Assembly: GCA_026025075.1 (NCBI GenBank)
Contig: JAPEUI010000094.1
Coordinates: 1-63,934, forward strand
DNA from: Vezdaea acicularis
Lineage: Eukaryota
Reading direction: 5' to 3'
Length of the DNA: 63,934 nt
In this document: piece by piece, positions 12,624 to 24,976 of the stretch
Layout of the letters: each line of letters begins with the position of its first letter
Numbering within the stretch: position 1 is the stretch's first letter
Notes under the pieces: generated by a model
Seen by the model: only the letters and a program-made list of their open reading frames with translations
Told to the model about the DNA's origin: nothing
Databases searched by the model: none
Made by a program: the position numbers and the translations under genes

Positions 12624-12794
12624 AGGATTGGTCCAAGACGGATACGACGCGAAAGCCCTCCTAGCAATGTCCTTAGAACTAGATAAGCAGCAAAGCGACT
12701 CTCCCATTTATTGCTTCGATTTCTAAGAAACGACCCTCTCACGTCAAGGCAAAAGTCTACCCAACACCGTCCCTGACCCAGACTACCCCACCTA

Positions 12795-13044
12795 CAATGG
12801 GGGGTCGTAAATGTTGTATACCTACTGCACATTTAGGAAACCGCTAATATATGTCCTAACACCCAGAAATCAAGAATTGCCTACATTCGATGAGACATTT
12901 GTTCAATTGATATATTGAAGACCTCCCCAGGTAATCTGTGAGATAGGTTTTCTTATGGATGGATTCGTTGATTGCCGTGCTTGGGGCAGAATTAATGGGG
13001 GAAACACAATTTTGCAGATGTACAACACTTACGACTTTCCACTG
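12795..13044 (-). mobile_element. Non-autonomous Tc1/mariner-type MITE, copy 2 (250 bp), inverted relative to copy 1
   Basis: TA|CAATGGGGGGTCGTAAATGTTGTA ... TACAACACTTACGACTTTCCACTG|TA. Shares a 26-nt exact block with copy 1 (9722-9747 is the reverse complement of 12957-12982), and the core is roughly 80-85% identical by eye. Confidence 0.85.
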
Positions 13045-14196
13045 TAGACTCCTTTTTCTCCTAAAACGTCAGATTCACAGACACACCCTCCTAAGCCTTT
13101 CCAGCCTCTCCCCAGAGCCCCAAGTCAGGGGCGTAGAACATCCAGGTCCACCTTCGCGCCCGTCCCCTCCCCTCCCAAGATCGAGCAATCACAACCCCAC
13201 ACCAACACTGATAACCAGCCCGACATGCATCCCCTACCTACCCCCAAGAACTCTGCACCAAACCCCAATACGCACTGGACAGAAAAAGTATTATGCTATC
13301 AAATCAAACCCGTCCACGATAAAGAAATGCAGATTTATCCCGTCGAAGGGAAGAGAAGAAAGACTCGCGTATAAAACTCAAAAGATGGAGTGTACGCCAC
13401 CAGGAAGCGCCCATACCCTAGACATACCCAGTGCATGCGATGTACAAACCGCTCTGGACAGACAATCCAGGGTAGACTAGAGATCGGCACGGTACGCGTG
13501 CGCTGGGTACATCACTTAACCCATGTTTGGCATGAGGGAGTTCCGTTCCTTTCCGTGTGATCGGCGGGTGGACTTGCATTGTGCAGGTTGTTGGGGATTG
13601 TGATATGAAGAGTATCCTATTGCATGGACGGCTTTCTGGGGGACGGAGAGACTCCTATGATGGGGCTCTCCCTTTGATGATATTGTTGGGAGGAGCCCGG
13701 GTATGAGAAGCAGTCTTATGTGTTATCAAGAAACTTCATCATCCAAGGGATGGTCCAGATCGCGAGCTACATTCCCGTACATCAGGCCCCCCTCCACCGG
13801 TCTCTCCTCGAGCCGAAGAGATCTAGGGAAGAGGAAGAAAAGGGAAGAAGGAGGGGGGCGCAAGCGCAGAAAAGGACGGGCCACGGCACACATTCCGCTC
13901 GCAGAGAACAGTTGCCGGAAAGATGCCTGCCCGACCCACCTTTCCTGCGCGAGTTCCAGCCCAGACGAAGAAGAAAAAACGGACAGCGGCATTCCGAGAA
14001 TGCCATATTCTCGTTTATGCGAAAGGTGGGGAATTGCGATGTCGCAGTTCAGCTTTCCCATTCCGCTCGTTCCCGGAGAGGGGCAAGCAGATGAAGGCTA
14101 AATGCATGCATGGGGGGCTCAGTCGGAACGTGAGGAGTCGAATATATGAGCAGTCAGAAAGACAGTACCAAAAAATAATGATGAAATGGGAAGGAA

Positions 14197-14225
14197 GATG
14201 AGATAAGATGAGATAAGATGAGATT
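14197..14225 (+). repeat. Short tandem repeat (GATGAGATAA) x ~3
   Basis: agatgagataagatgagataagatgagatt. Confidence 0.6.
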
Positions 14226-15084
14226 GCGAATCTCGCAACGATGACGATGCACGATAAGCTGATAACAAGGGAGGGGGGGAGATGGTGCCATCTGAAACCA
14301 AACTTGCTTCTTTTGCTCCTGTGCAGGCGTGGATCGTAACGCACAAAGACACATAGGTGCAACTGCTCTGCGTCAGGGGAAAAGAGCAGGAGAAGCCGTG
14401 ACTTGCTGCAGCGGAAAGAGAAGGAGAAGGAGAGAGTGGGGCTATACCTGCCCATCCAACCCAGTCGATGCAGCTGAAACACGACGCGAGTCGCCGATCA
14501 CATGAACCCTATCGCCATGTCGTCACCAGAGAGAGGAAAGAAAAGAGAAAGGGGGGCTCCCCAGTCCGTCCCCTCTCCCCACACGGCCGCCAGACGCGAA
14601 GGAAGACCCAAGCTCGATCCGACGACGGACATGCTGCTGTACGTGGGGCCCCACCGCTCGAGCTCGGCGGTTGTTGCATGATGCAGCCCATCTTATCAGG
14701 ATGTGCGGAGGGATGGAGCTGCGAAGAATATGACTTGCATCGCGAGGGATCGGGTTGCTGGTGGGGCCCCTGCTCTCCCCCCGTTTCGGCACTTCGCGTA
14801 TGCGTATGGGGGGAATCCTTGCGGCCAGGCACAGAGTGCCGAAGCGAGCGGATTGGCTTCCTTCGCTCGAACGAGACCGTCTCAAACAGCGCTTGTGGGG
14901 TCGAGATGGCCACGTGAGGAAGGGAGAGGGGAGGGGAAAGGGGAAAAGTGGTGAAAGAGGGTTGGTGGAGGCGACGAAGGAAGAGGCGGTGGGAACGGTA
15001 TTGCCGCCTCATCTCCCTCCTTCGGGCCTTGGAAGTGAAGAAAAAAAAGTCGAATCGGCTCCTGTCGTACGGGTTGCGACTACT

Positions 15085-15667
15085 TTAGCAGACGGCGGCG
15101 ATAACCGCACGATTCTGCTGCCCCCGTCGCGGATCTAAAGTTCTAGCACGTTGCTAGCAGGCGGTTAGCCAGCGATCGCATGTCCACCGAAGCTTCTGCC
15201 ATCGTTCTCACCGCCTCGCCGCCAAAACTCGGTGATGAGATGAGATGAACGAGGTGACGGAGGGGGTGAAACGAGAGCGAGGACAACGTGACGAGGAGCG
15301 TCCGGCCAAAGCGCCGCGATTGGAGCAGGGCGGGGGACGGAGAGAGGGAAGGCGCGACGACTTTCTCGCGCGAAGGAATGGCCGCGGACGTCGTCGTGGT
15401 GAGGGGTCGAGGAGCGTCGATGGCTCTTGCTCTTTCCGGTTTCAAGCTTAAAGTGGCCACGCTCGCACGCTTGGGCTGCTGCTGCTCATGTGACGATTTC
15501 GGGCTTGGCGCTTGGCGCTCGCGGAGCCCCTCATTTGCTGCTGTTGCTGCCTCCGTCTCATCTGCCCTCTGCTACTTCGGCCAAGAGCCGGCGATGACCG
15601 AGCACGCCGCCCCTTGGACCGAGCCCACCCAGGGGGGGAAACGATGGGGGCGTACCGATTCTGGCAT
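15085..15667 (-). CDS. Candidate small spliced hypothetical gene (~145 aa)
   Basis: Exons 15667-15656 (MPES|gtacgc), 15571/15568-15212 and 15153-15085. Both introns are phase 0 and keep the frame. Intron 2 is textbook (gtgaga...gctaac...ctag); intron 1 lacks a good branch site. No recognisable domain. Confidence 0.3.
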
Positions 15668-18600
15668 GGCCAACGGGGGGGGGGGATACGAGACCGGTGA
15701 GCAAAGTCGGGCGAAGGGAGGAGAGAAAAAAGCGTCGAGAGGGCGGTGCGGACGGCTCCGTTCGCAGTGGTTGCGCGTTCTAGCCCTCCGCCCGCGATGT
15801 GACCTGTCTCAATCTCACGTCCGACTCGCTCGACGCTCGACGCTCGACGCTCGAATGCTCGTCACGGCTCTGCGCTGCTCGTGCTCATCTCTCCTCCCTC
15901 TCCCTTCCGCTATCTCGCGATGCCCCCCCCCCCGCCCCCCACCTCCCTTTCCGTGCTACTCTCGCAATTTCTGGCTTTTTCCTTATCCGATGCCAATCCC
16001 GTGCATCGTGGAAATGGCCATCGTCCCAGCGTCCAATTGTACGTCTGAATTTCTCATTCTCTTGGCCCCGTCCATCATCCATCAAAGCTAAGGGCCGCGC
16101 GATGGTGGGCCAAACCGGTGGACAAGCGTCGCCGACCGGGGGGGGGGCCTCCAAGTGCCACCCGTCCGCTTGCTCGTCTCCGATTCAGGAACGTGGGACC
16201 CCGGCGCTTCTCCTTTTTGCTTTTTCGCCGCTCATCAAAGTCCTGTCGAGGTATCGGCACGCAAAGTGGACGTTGTTCGGGGGTTGAGCGCTCGTCGTCC
16301 GCAGAGAAACAGCCGGCGTGGACGAGCGGTCCCTCGCGATTGGTGCCGTCTGGTGGAATTGCAGTGACCGCGACGGTTGAGCGAAGGACGGCAGAGAGTC
16401 CGGCCATCGTCTCATTGGCATCGGATGCGAAGGCGGTGGGGCCAAGTGGCCGGGCTGCGAGCCCAGCAGCGCGGCAAGGTGGCGTTCAGCAGCGCGCCCG
16501 TTCGAGCGAGGCCTGCAGCACCGACCCAGCCCGTCGGTTCCGCTTCGTGCCGCGGACGATGAAGTAATTCCAGCGACGCCCGTCATGCCCGTCATGCACC
16601 CGTCCAATTTTCCATTCTCCTGGTTTTGCGGCGCGCGAACGGCCTGCGCACGCCGTCGCCGCAGGGAACCGACGATGCTAAAATCTCTGCTAGCACCGGG
16701 AAGGGGGACGAGACGATGAGGACCGTCGGGAATACCTTCTTCGGTGGCCATGCCACTCCACCAGGAGGTTTCGTCGCGGAGGATCAGGAACTGGAAACTG
16801 CCCCAGCACAATCAGGGAAAGAGAGGGTCACGAGGTCGGTGTCCCTCGCGGCGGCGGCCAATCGCGAGGCAGCCGAGGTCCGCCCGCCAGGCAGGCGCCC
16901 TCGGCCTGCGCTGGACCCTGCAGCAAGAGAATGAAACGGGCGCGCGCACGCAACTCGCGCCTTCGCCCTCGCACTCCCCAACGTAGCTGCGACGTCCTGC
17001 CCTGCACCGCCGCTCCCTGCACCGCTGCACCGCTTCCCTCCCACGGACGCTTCTGCTGCTGCCTGCCTGGCTGCCTGCGCGTCACGACGTCGTGCGTCGT
17101 GCGTCTGTGTGTCGGGACGTCGTGCGCAGCGATCCACGCTCGGCGACATGGGGTGCATCTGTTTTTTCTCGAGATCGAGCGGGAGCCGCCATTTTATCTG
17201 GCAACCCCCAGATCCGGCTGCCGCTGTCGCTGTCACGGTCAGGACCGACTGGCTGGGATAGACGCGGCATGGTGTTGACGAGATTAGGGAGCGTGCCCGG
17301 TTTGGCGCTTTCTCTGTTCGATCAATGGATGCATCGAGTCGTCCGCGCGTCGATGATCGCGGGTCTCGTGGGGAAGGAGCAACAGCTTGCAGCCTCGCCG
17401 CTCATACCGCCCATGCCGTGCGCGGCGGGACGTCGACGAGATAAGCAGGATCGTTGCTGTCGTCCGAGTAGAGCAATGCTTGCGACGCTTGGAAGGGACA
17501 GACGTCGGATCCGACAGACAAACAAACCCTTCTGAGGACGAGCTGCATCGTCGCATGCCCGAGGTCGCACCGCGATCTCCCTCCCCTCGTCGTCGCCGTG
17601 GTATGATGTGAAGGACGTAGGAGGTCCGAGTGCGCGTCGGACGGAGCAGGTCCTGCGTTTCGACGTCGAGATCTGACGCACGTGCATCAACCGCTTTCTC
17701 TCCCGTCTGAAGCATCCATCATCCAACACGTTCGTCTCGTCAATGCAACGAACGCAAGCTCTCAAAGGAGAAAGCAGATCCTCGCGAAGTCTCCGAAGGA
17801 GAGTACACAGTACGTAAGAGCAAGCTCACCCTGCTCGTATGCAGCATTGTCCCGCCCTTCGCAGCCTGCTCGTGGCTCGTATTCCTCTCCATCTGCGCTC
17901 CAGGTTTATGCAAATCGATGCGGACCAGGCTGCGAGCGGGAAGCACGCGATTCTGACGGCCGAAGCAGGAGAGGAGGGACGCGGGCGAGCGAGTCCCACC
18001 CCCAGACACCAAACCAAGCGGCGAGCCGGAGCTGAGGCAGTGCCAAGCCTGCGCTGACTCTTCGAGAAGGCCTCGGCGCTTCTCTCCCGTCGTGCGTGCC
18101 CATGGCGTTGGTGGACCAAGCCCGTCGTGCGATAAAGATAGCACGAAGAAAAAGCAAGAGACGCTTCCCTCCAAATGGGAGAATGAGGCATCAGATACGA
18201 CCATGAAAGCAGGTTCCAAGTACGTGAGATGGGACGTACGTAGACTCCCTCTGCTGCGCGCAGAATGGGCAAGGGCGCTCGTATGTATCCGGCAAGTGCG
18301 AATGCCGGCGATGAGATGACGACACGGTCGCCTTGGCCCCCCGTCCAGCGCGGGTCAGCGTCGTCGTCAGATTCGAATTATGGGTCATCCCGAGCGTGTC
18401 ATTGGCCGGCGGGTGCCAGAAATGCTTCAGCTTTTCTTTCGTGCTTGTGCTTGCATGGGCGATGCGATGCCATGGCCTGCTGTTGAGCAACGCACTTGGA
18501 ATAGACCTCTCTCTTGCAACTCATTAGCGGCCACCGACGCCGCACCGCCGCACCGCCCCAAATCTTGGAACCGCTCGTGGGGAAGCTGGAGTAGCCATTC

Positions 18601-19186
18601 AAGGCGGATCCCCGTCCATGAGATGCGAGGATCATGGCCGGAAGTCGTGCCAGTGCGGGCTGCTGCCCCCAACCCCAACAGAGCTGGAGGGGGGGAACAT
18701 GGTTTGAAACGGGCCTCACCGTCATATCACGGCAGCTAGGGGCGGCCGTCGAGGCTAACGGGGCCCACGAGCGACGGACCGGCGAGATCAACGATCAACG
18801 ATCAGCGATCTGTCTCTCGATGAACCGGCGGAGTCTACGCCGTGCCATTGCCTTCCCATCCAATGTCCGTGCCATCACCAACAAGCCAGTCACATTAGGG
18901 CAGAGACGCGGCCGGACGGGCAAGGTCGCCGGCTTGCGGAATGGCAGGAGAGGGAGCTGGGACTTTGTTCGCTGGAGCCGCGCTTAAAGGAAAATGCGAG
19001 GGCCAAGCACGCCGAGGCAGGCTGCAGCTAGTCGCTCATTTGGCGGCGGGGCGGACAGGGGCCGCGTCGAAGCCCGTCTCGAGCCCGCTCACCCTAGGCT
19101 CGACCTGCCGGTGGAAATTGTCGGTGGAGGGCGAGCGTGGGCCGGGCGAGCGCTGGCGGAAAAAGAGATGAGTTGGCGTTGGAGCC

Positions 19187-19208
19187 GCTGCTGCTGCTGC
19201 TGCTGCTG
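19187..19208 (+). repeat. (CTG)n microsatellite, ~7 units
   Basis: gctgctgctgctgctgctgctg. Confidence 0.8.
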
Positions 19209-20099
19209 AATATTGAACACCGCCTCGAAGCTCGAACTCACCCCTCGACAAGCAGCCGACTGGGAGTTGAGACAGCATCCGCACCGGGTGTGCCTTCTGT
19301 TCCGTGCGGAGGGCCCGCTCAAGTCGAAGTTACCCGCGCGACGCTTGCCGCTTGCACGGCCTAACGCCGACCCCTGGCCCTCCCTTGCCCCTCCCCCCCT
19401 CCCCCCTCCCTGGCCGGCGCTGAACCCCCGTTTCGGTACCTGGCGCAGCTCGCGCACGCTGATGCGTCCTGTCCCCACACATTCCGCCAGCCTTATCCTC
19501 CCCTCCCACCCCCCCTCCACCCCGGCCGGCCCCATCGCTTTTTTTTCTGCCGCGCCCTCCGGAAAAAGTGCATAACTCGCTGTGTGACTCTCGCGACCTC
19601 GACGACCTGCACACGACGTGGACCCTTCTGCGACCGACATCTTCGCTCGTAACATCGAATCCAGGAACGTCAATTCGTGCGTCGACGTCATCCCGATTCT
19701 GCGTTTCGTCTGAGGGCCCCTCTCTCCGTCGCCGTTCAAACAACGAAGCGCCCATCCGCCACCGGACCCTCAAACACTGCACGTCCTTCTTCGCGATCCC
19801 CTCCGAAAACCCTCGACTTGCGCGCCCCGCGGGGATCCGGCAGCGATCAACCCCTCCGCCCGCCGCCAGCAATTGGGATCCTGTCGCAGCATCACACACG
19901 AGCCGACGGTGACCATGTCGAAACCGTGATCGATTGTTTTCCGCCGGGAGAAGAGCAGCGACGAGCAGAGGAGCAGAGACGGCGGGACAAGCGAAGACGA
20001 AAAAACACATCGCGCTGCGTCACCGGGCACGATCGCACGAGCTGTCATTCTCCGGCAGATCACACGGCTGCGTGCGCAAACGAGACGGTTATACGCAGC

Positions 20100-20140
20100 A
20101 AGCAGGCAAGCAGGCAGGCAGGCAGGCAGGCAGGAGGCAG
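20100..20140 (+). repeat. (GCAG)n-type microsatellite in the PLC1 upstream region
   Basis: agcaggcaagcaggcaggcaggcaggcaggcaggaggcag. Confidence 0.7.
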
Positions 20141-20707
20141 CAAGCAGCAAGCAACAAGCAGCAGCATCCAGCAGCGACGACCTCGCGCTCGCCAGCGCCC
20201 CCCCTTAGCCCGACTTCCCCTTCGGGCCTCTTGCATTGCGGGCTGCAGCGTCACCCAACATCGCCAGTCCACAACAATACGTCTCATGCCGAAACCGACC
20301 ACACATCTCTCGAGAGCCTGCATCGTCAGCATCCACTGCTAGGCACCGCGTGCGCCTCGACCCTTCCCTCCAATTGATCTCTTTGGTCCGTCCGTCTGCA
20401 CCCCGACTTTTCCTTTCTCACCACCGCCCGCCTTGATAGGCCCGCCAATTCCTCCGTGCGGCCGCGGGCCTGAGAATGTGTCCGTACACCAGAACCGCCT
20501 CCGTCGAATAGCCTCGATCCTACCTATTCCAACCAGACCTGCATCGTACGGCCGACGTCCGAGCACACACCCTCCCGCTTCCCTCCCGTTTGCCGACCTG
20601 GAGCTGGCTCCATCAGGTGTGGAGGAGATATCATAAAAACAGAAGACCCCCCGTGCTACACCACGGACGACTCCCAAGCAGAGTCAAGAATACACATCAC
20701 CGGCATC

Positions 20708-23700
20708 ATGGCGGCGGCCACATACAATCCAACAGCGCGGGTGACGGCCAAGGCGCACGACGATGCTCCTCCACCGCCCACCGCGTTTGCTCGAAAACCC
20801 AAGCCAGGTGTGGATGGTCTAGTGTTGTTGACCATCACGCCGGCCAGTGCGGGCAGCACATCAACAACGCCATCACCGCATGACAGCGATGCCGAAACTA
20901 CAAATACCTCCCTCCAAACATCTCCAGACGGGCCCCACGAAGGCATCAGCCCCGTTCTTCCCCCACCTCCTCTCATCCTACCCGATGCCGTCACGGCCAC
21001 CCCGACAACCAGCGCCATGAACGAGGCGATTGCGAAGGGGCCTGGTCTGATGCGGCGTATCTCCCGTGGCGCAGCCAGCAAGCTGACCCGTGGGCGGACC
21101 TCCTCGAATGCTCACAAGAACCGTGATCACAGCTCCGGACCGGCGGTCATGCGGCGGCAGAGTGACAGCACGGGCAAGTTGGAGAACGATGCCACCGCCC
21201 TGGACATTGACTCGGACGACGACATATATGGGGCGACGACCGATGTGGCATGCGTCGATGGTGCACGGGATGGCACGGTTAGTCCCGCGAGGGGCGCTCC
21301 CGGAAGTATCATCGGTATCGGACCCGTCATCCCCTCCAGTTTACAGAATGGAACGTACATGACGAAAGTGACCAAGAGAAGGAGGAAGATTCTCAAGTTT
21401 TCCATCGACGATGATTCGGCCAAGGTGTTTTGGGACCCGACCAAGTCGTCGAAGCACTTTTCCATCGATGAGATTACGGACATCCGCGTGGGACCAGAGG
21501 CAAGGAACTACCGGGAAGACGCCGGGATCTCCGCAGACACAGAAAGTCGATGGTTCACGATACTCTATACCCGTGAGCGCTCGAAAGGCCGTGTGCACAA
21601 GTTCCTGCACCTCATCACGGCGACAGAGACTATCATGGAGCTCTGGGTTTCAACATTGGAAGACATCCGTCGGCATCGGATGGCCATGGCGACCAACTTG
21701 GCTGAGCGTGGCGAGAGGTCTCTTGGAACTCACTGGCGGAAGGAGATTGCCAAACTCAATGCGAACCTGCCGCTGTCAGAGGAGATCGAGCACCTCAACT
21801 TTGAGCGGGTGGAGAGCCTCTGCCGAAGCCTTCATATCAACTGCTCGACAGGCTTCCTGAAGCAGAAGTTCGACAAGGCCGACAAGAACTCCGACGGCTA
21901 CCTTGACTTTACCGAGTTCAAGGACTTTGTCAAGCACGTCAAGGAGCGAGAGGATATCATCCAGGTATACGCCGATGTCGCAGCGGATGCGGAGAAAGGG
22001 ATAGACATCAACGACTTCCTTGCGTTCCTTCGCGACTCGCAAGGGGTCGACATCGAAACCAATCCACTGCGCTGGAAGGCCATATTCGAGAAGCTCGCAA
22101 GGAGATCGAAAAGCAAAACTCCCTCATCGTCCCCCATTGAGGAGGAGTCTTCGTTTCTTGACGTCGAAGCTTTCGCTTATTTCCTCTCTTCGGCTAAGCT
22201 GAGTCCCGCCCTGGTCACTGGCTCTCGCACAACAGCTCTGGATAGACCAATTAACGAGTACTTCATCTCAAGCTCGCACAATACATATCTGCTCGGAAGA
22301 CAGGTCGCCGGCGAGTCGAGTACAGAAGCATACATCCGAGCGCTTCAGCAGGGATGTCGATGCATCGAAGTGGACTGCTGGGATGGCTCCGATGGTCAGC
22401 CCTCAGTCAGCCATGGGCATACCATGACAAGCAGCATTCCCTTTGTCGATTGCATCGATGTCATCGGCAAATGGGCGTTCATATCCACGCCATATCCGTT
22501 GATCATCTCCCTGGAGGTGCACTGTAGTCCACCACAGCAAGAAAGGATGACTGAGATTCTGAAGGAGAAGCTGGGAGACCAGCTGATATTGGAGCCTATC
22601 ATGGCCAACCCTTTCTGCCTACCGTCTCCTGAGGACCTGAAAAATCGCATTCTCATCAAAGTGAAAGCTAGCGACGAGCCCGACAACTCATTGAACCAGC
22701 AGAGCTTGCCAGTTGGACGGACCCGTAGGGCCTTTAGCTCTCCTCTGTCCCGCCCCGTCGTCCTGGATAACGGCAACATCTCACCAGCACCACTCGTCGC
22801 GAGTCCTACTCCCATGAGTCCGGTAGAGAAGAACCCTGTGTCCCAGTTCAACGGACGGGCTCATATTCATGGCAGCACGGCAGCCAGCATCAGTAGCGCA
22901 ACAGAAGATAGCGACGGTAGAGAAACCAGCCTTGCCAGAGAGCCGAAGAAAAAGAGGCAAAGCAGCATTGTGCAGTCACTCGGAGAGCTTGGCGTATATG
23001 CTCGCGGCACAAGATTCAAGTATGACTTCCACACCGCGGAGAGCAAGAGACATAACCACATCTTCTCTTTGGCCGAACGGACTTTCGCCAAGGTTTGCAA
23101 TAGCCGCGACTTGAAGGACGAACTCGAAAGGCACAACATGCGTTACTTCATGCGAGTCTACCCATCCAACTTTCGCGTCAACTCCTCGAACTTCGACCCT
23201 CTCACCTTCTGGCGCCGCGGCGTCCAGATGGTCGCGCTGAACTGGCAGACCTACGATCAGCCGATGCAGCTCAATAACGCCATGTTCGCCGCCGGCAACG
23301 ACCGCACTGGCTACGTCCTCAAACCTCTCGAGCTCCGCCGTAAAGCCCACAGCATGGACGTTTTCCCTGACGGCGACTCTACCTCCACTACCGCCAAAGA
23401 GAAGAAACTCGTCGCCTTCTCCATCGAAGTCGTCTCCGCCCAGCAGCTCCCCCGTGCCAAAGGCACCAACCAAGACCAAGGCATCGCACCCTACATCGAG
23501 CTGGAGACCTTTTGCGCGGACGACAAGGCCAAGGGCGTCGCCAGCGGCGAAGGCGGCATGGACGCCTCTGCTCGCAACGGCATGTTCGGCCTGGGCTCCC
23601 CGCACCGTCGCCGCACCAAGATTGTGCCCTCGAATGGCTATTCGCCTGTCTTCCACGACAAGCTGACCGTCCGCCTCGAGACCAAATTCCCCTCTCTGGT

Positions 23701-24007
23701 CTTTGTGCGCTTCACAGTGCGGAACTCGCACGATGGGCGCTCGTACGCGGACCGCAACGGCGCTTTGGCGACCTTTACCGCGAAATTGAGCAGTCTACAG
23801 GAAGGGTATCGACATCTGCCGCTGCTCGATAACAACGGCGAGAAGTTCATGTTCTCGACGCTGTTCTGCAAGATCAAGAAAGAGGAGATTGGCCCCGTCA
23901 GCCGCGAGAGCAACGCCGCGGCGAAGGTCAACTCCCTGAAACAGGTGGGGCGCAGCATGTTCCAGCGCACGCTGTCGACAGAGCGGAAGGCGACGCCTGA
24001 CGAGTGA
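20708..24007 (+). CDS. PLC1: Phosphoinositide-specific phospholipase C (PH, EF-hand, X/Y catalytic and C2 domains)
   Basis: Uninterrupted 1099-aa ORF. EF-hand DKNSDGYLDFTEF; X box YFISSSHNTYLLGRQ, CIEVDCWDG, SHGHT, PLIISLEVHC; Y box MRVYP...SSNFDP...QMVALNWQTYD; C2 region EVVSAQQLP...GYRHLPL. Confidence 0.97.
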   Translation: MAAATYNPTARVTAKAHDDAPPPPTAFARKPKPGVDGLVLLTITPASAGSTSTTPSPHDSDAETTNTSLQTSPDGPHEGISPVLPPPPLILPDAVTATPTTSAMNEAIAKGPGLMRRISRGAASKLTRGRTSSNAHKNRDHSSGPAVMRRQSDSTGKLENDATALDIDSDDDIYGATTDVACVDGARDGTVSPARGAPGSIIGIGPVIPSSLQNGTYMTKVTKRRRKILKFSIDDDSAKVFWDPTKSSKHFSIDEITDIRVGPEARNYREDAGISADTESRWFTILYTRERSKGRVHKFLHLITATETIMELWVSTLEDIRRHRMAMATNLAERGERSLGTHWRKEIAKLNANLPLSEEIEHLNFERVESLCRSLHINCSTGFLKQKFDKADKNSDGYLDFTEFKDFVKHVKEREDIIQVYADVAADAEKGIDINDFLAFLRDSQGVDIETNPLRWKAIFEKLARRSKSKTPSSSPIEEESSFLDVEAFAYFLSSAKLSPALVTGSRTTALDRPINEYFISSSHNTYLLGRQVAGESSTEAYIRALQQGCRCIEVDCWDGSDGQPSVSHGHTMTSSIPFVDCIDVIGKWAFISTPYPLIISLEVHCSPPQQERMTEILKEKLGDQLILEPIMANPFCLPSPEDLKNRILIKVKASDEPDNSLNQQSLPVGRTRRAFSSPLSRPVVLDNGNISPAPLVASPTPMSPVEKNPVSQFNGRAHIHGSTAASISSATEDSDGRETSLAREPKKKRQSSIVQSLGELGVYARGTRFKYDFHTAESKRHNHIFSLAERTFAKVCNSRDLKDELERHNMRYFMRVYPSNFRVNSSNFDPLTFWRRGVQMVALNWQTYDQPMQLNNAMFAAGNDRTGYVLKPLELRRKAHSMDVFPDGDSTSTTAKEKKLVAFSIEVVSAQQLPRAKGTNQDQGIAPYIELETFCADDKAKGVASGEGGMDASARNGMFGLGSPHRRRTKIVPSNGYSPVFHDKLTVRLETKFPSLVFVRFTVRNSHDGRSYADRNGALATFTAKLSSLQEGYRHLPLLDNNGEKFMFSTLFCKIKKEEIGPVSRESNAAAKVNSLKQVGRSMFQRTLSTERKATPDE

Positions 24008-24976
24008 TGAATGGCTTCTTGCGTCGTTGACACGGCTTCTACCTCTTCTCCATCTGCGGTTTCTCTCTCCTTTCCGCCCTCGTCTTTCTTCTCCCGAGTG
24101 CACGGGATTCTTCACATATATTCTCCGACACACCTGCATATCATCCATTTTCATCCTCCTCGTCCTCGTCTCCTCCTCTCCTCCAGCTATGACGACCAGC
24201 TGGTACTCAATCTCTTGAAGTAATATTTAGCGTAACGACCCTCCGGCTCCCCAAAAAAAAAAGAAAGACGCCGCAGGCTCGGAATCTTCCCCCCCCTTTT
24301 TCTACGCGGGAAACGCTGCCTTTTTCGCACGTGCGTGTGCGCATGTATGTATATCATTGATGACCTGCATTTAAGCGACAAACAGGACTCGCTTTTTTCT
24401 TTGGCTCTTTGGCTCTTTTGCTCTTTGCTCTTTGCTTCGCTTGGCTGGCTAACTGAACGGGGCTGACTGGCTGGCTGGGTTGAACTTTACGTGGCAGAAA
24501 GCGGAAATGGCTGGGCTGCTTTTTCTGGGAAGCGTCTCAAGGATCAAAAAATTCTCTGTTTTTTCTTATCCTTGAATTTGACCCCCTTTTTCAACTCGTG
24601 GAAACGGGCGTGGCGCAATTTTCTACTCGCTTGCATCGGGGGCTAGGGATGGAATGAGGGCTTTTCATGGCATTTTTTCGAACTGAGCTGGGCTGAGCTT
24701 TTTTGGCTCTGGGAGCTTTTGTCTTCTCTTCTTTTTTAGGGGGGGTTATGTAAGGGGGGTTTTACGACGTTTCTGAGATGGGAGGGGGTAGGGTAGGGGT
24801 TACTCTCGACGGCCGCTCGAAATGAGCCGAGCTGAGTCGAGTTGATGAATAGAAAGTTGGATTCCCATTAACCGCTGCACATACATGAACCATAACACCG
24901 CGCCCTTACCCCCTCCCTTCCTTTCCATGAACCACCCTTTTCCCAAAAACCAACCAACCATCATACACTCCCCCCA

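Noticed and set aside
12600..12630. Telomerase RNA template
   Set aside because: Filamentous ascomycete templates are about 1.5 repeats; three units are present here and I could not identify a pseudoknot or CR4/5 domain.
13703..20677. Dozens of 60-270 aa Arg/Ala/Pro-rich ORFs on both strands
   Set aside because: Expected from stop-codon scarcity in GC-rich DNA; mutually overlapping and without domains.
22976..23731. 251-aa antisense ORF inside PLC1
   Set aside because: Shadow frame produced by high GC3 codon usage of PLC1.
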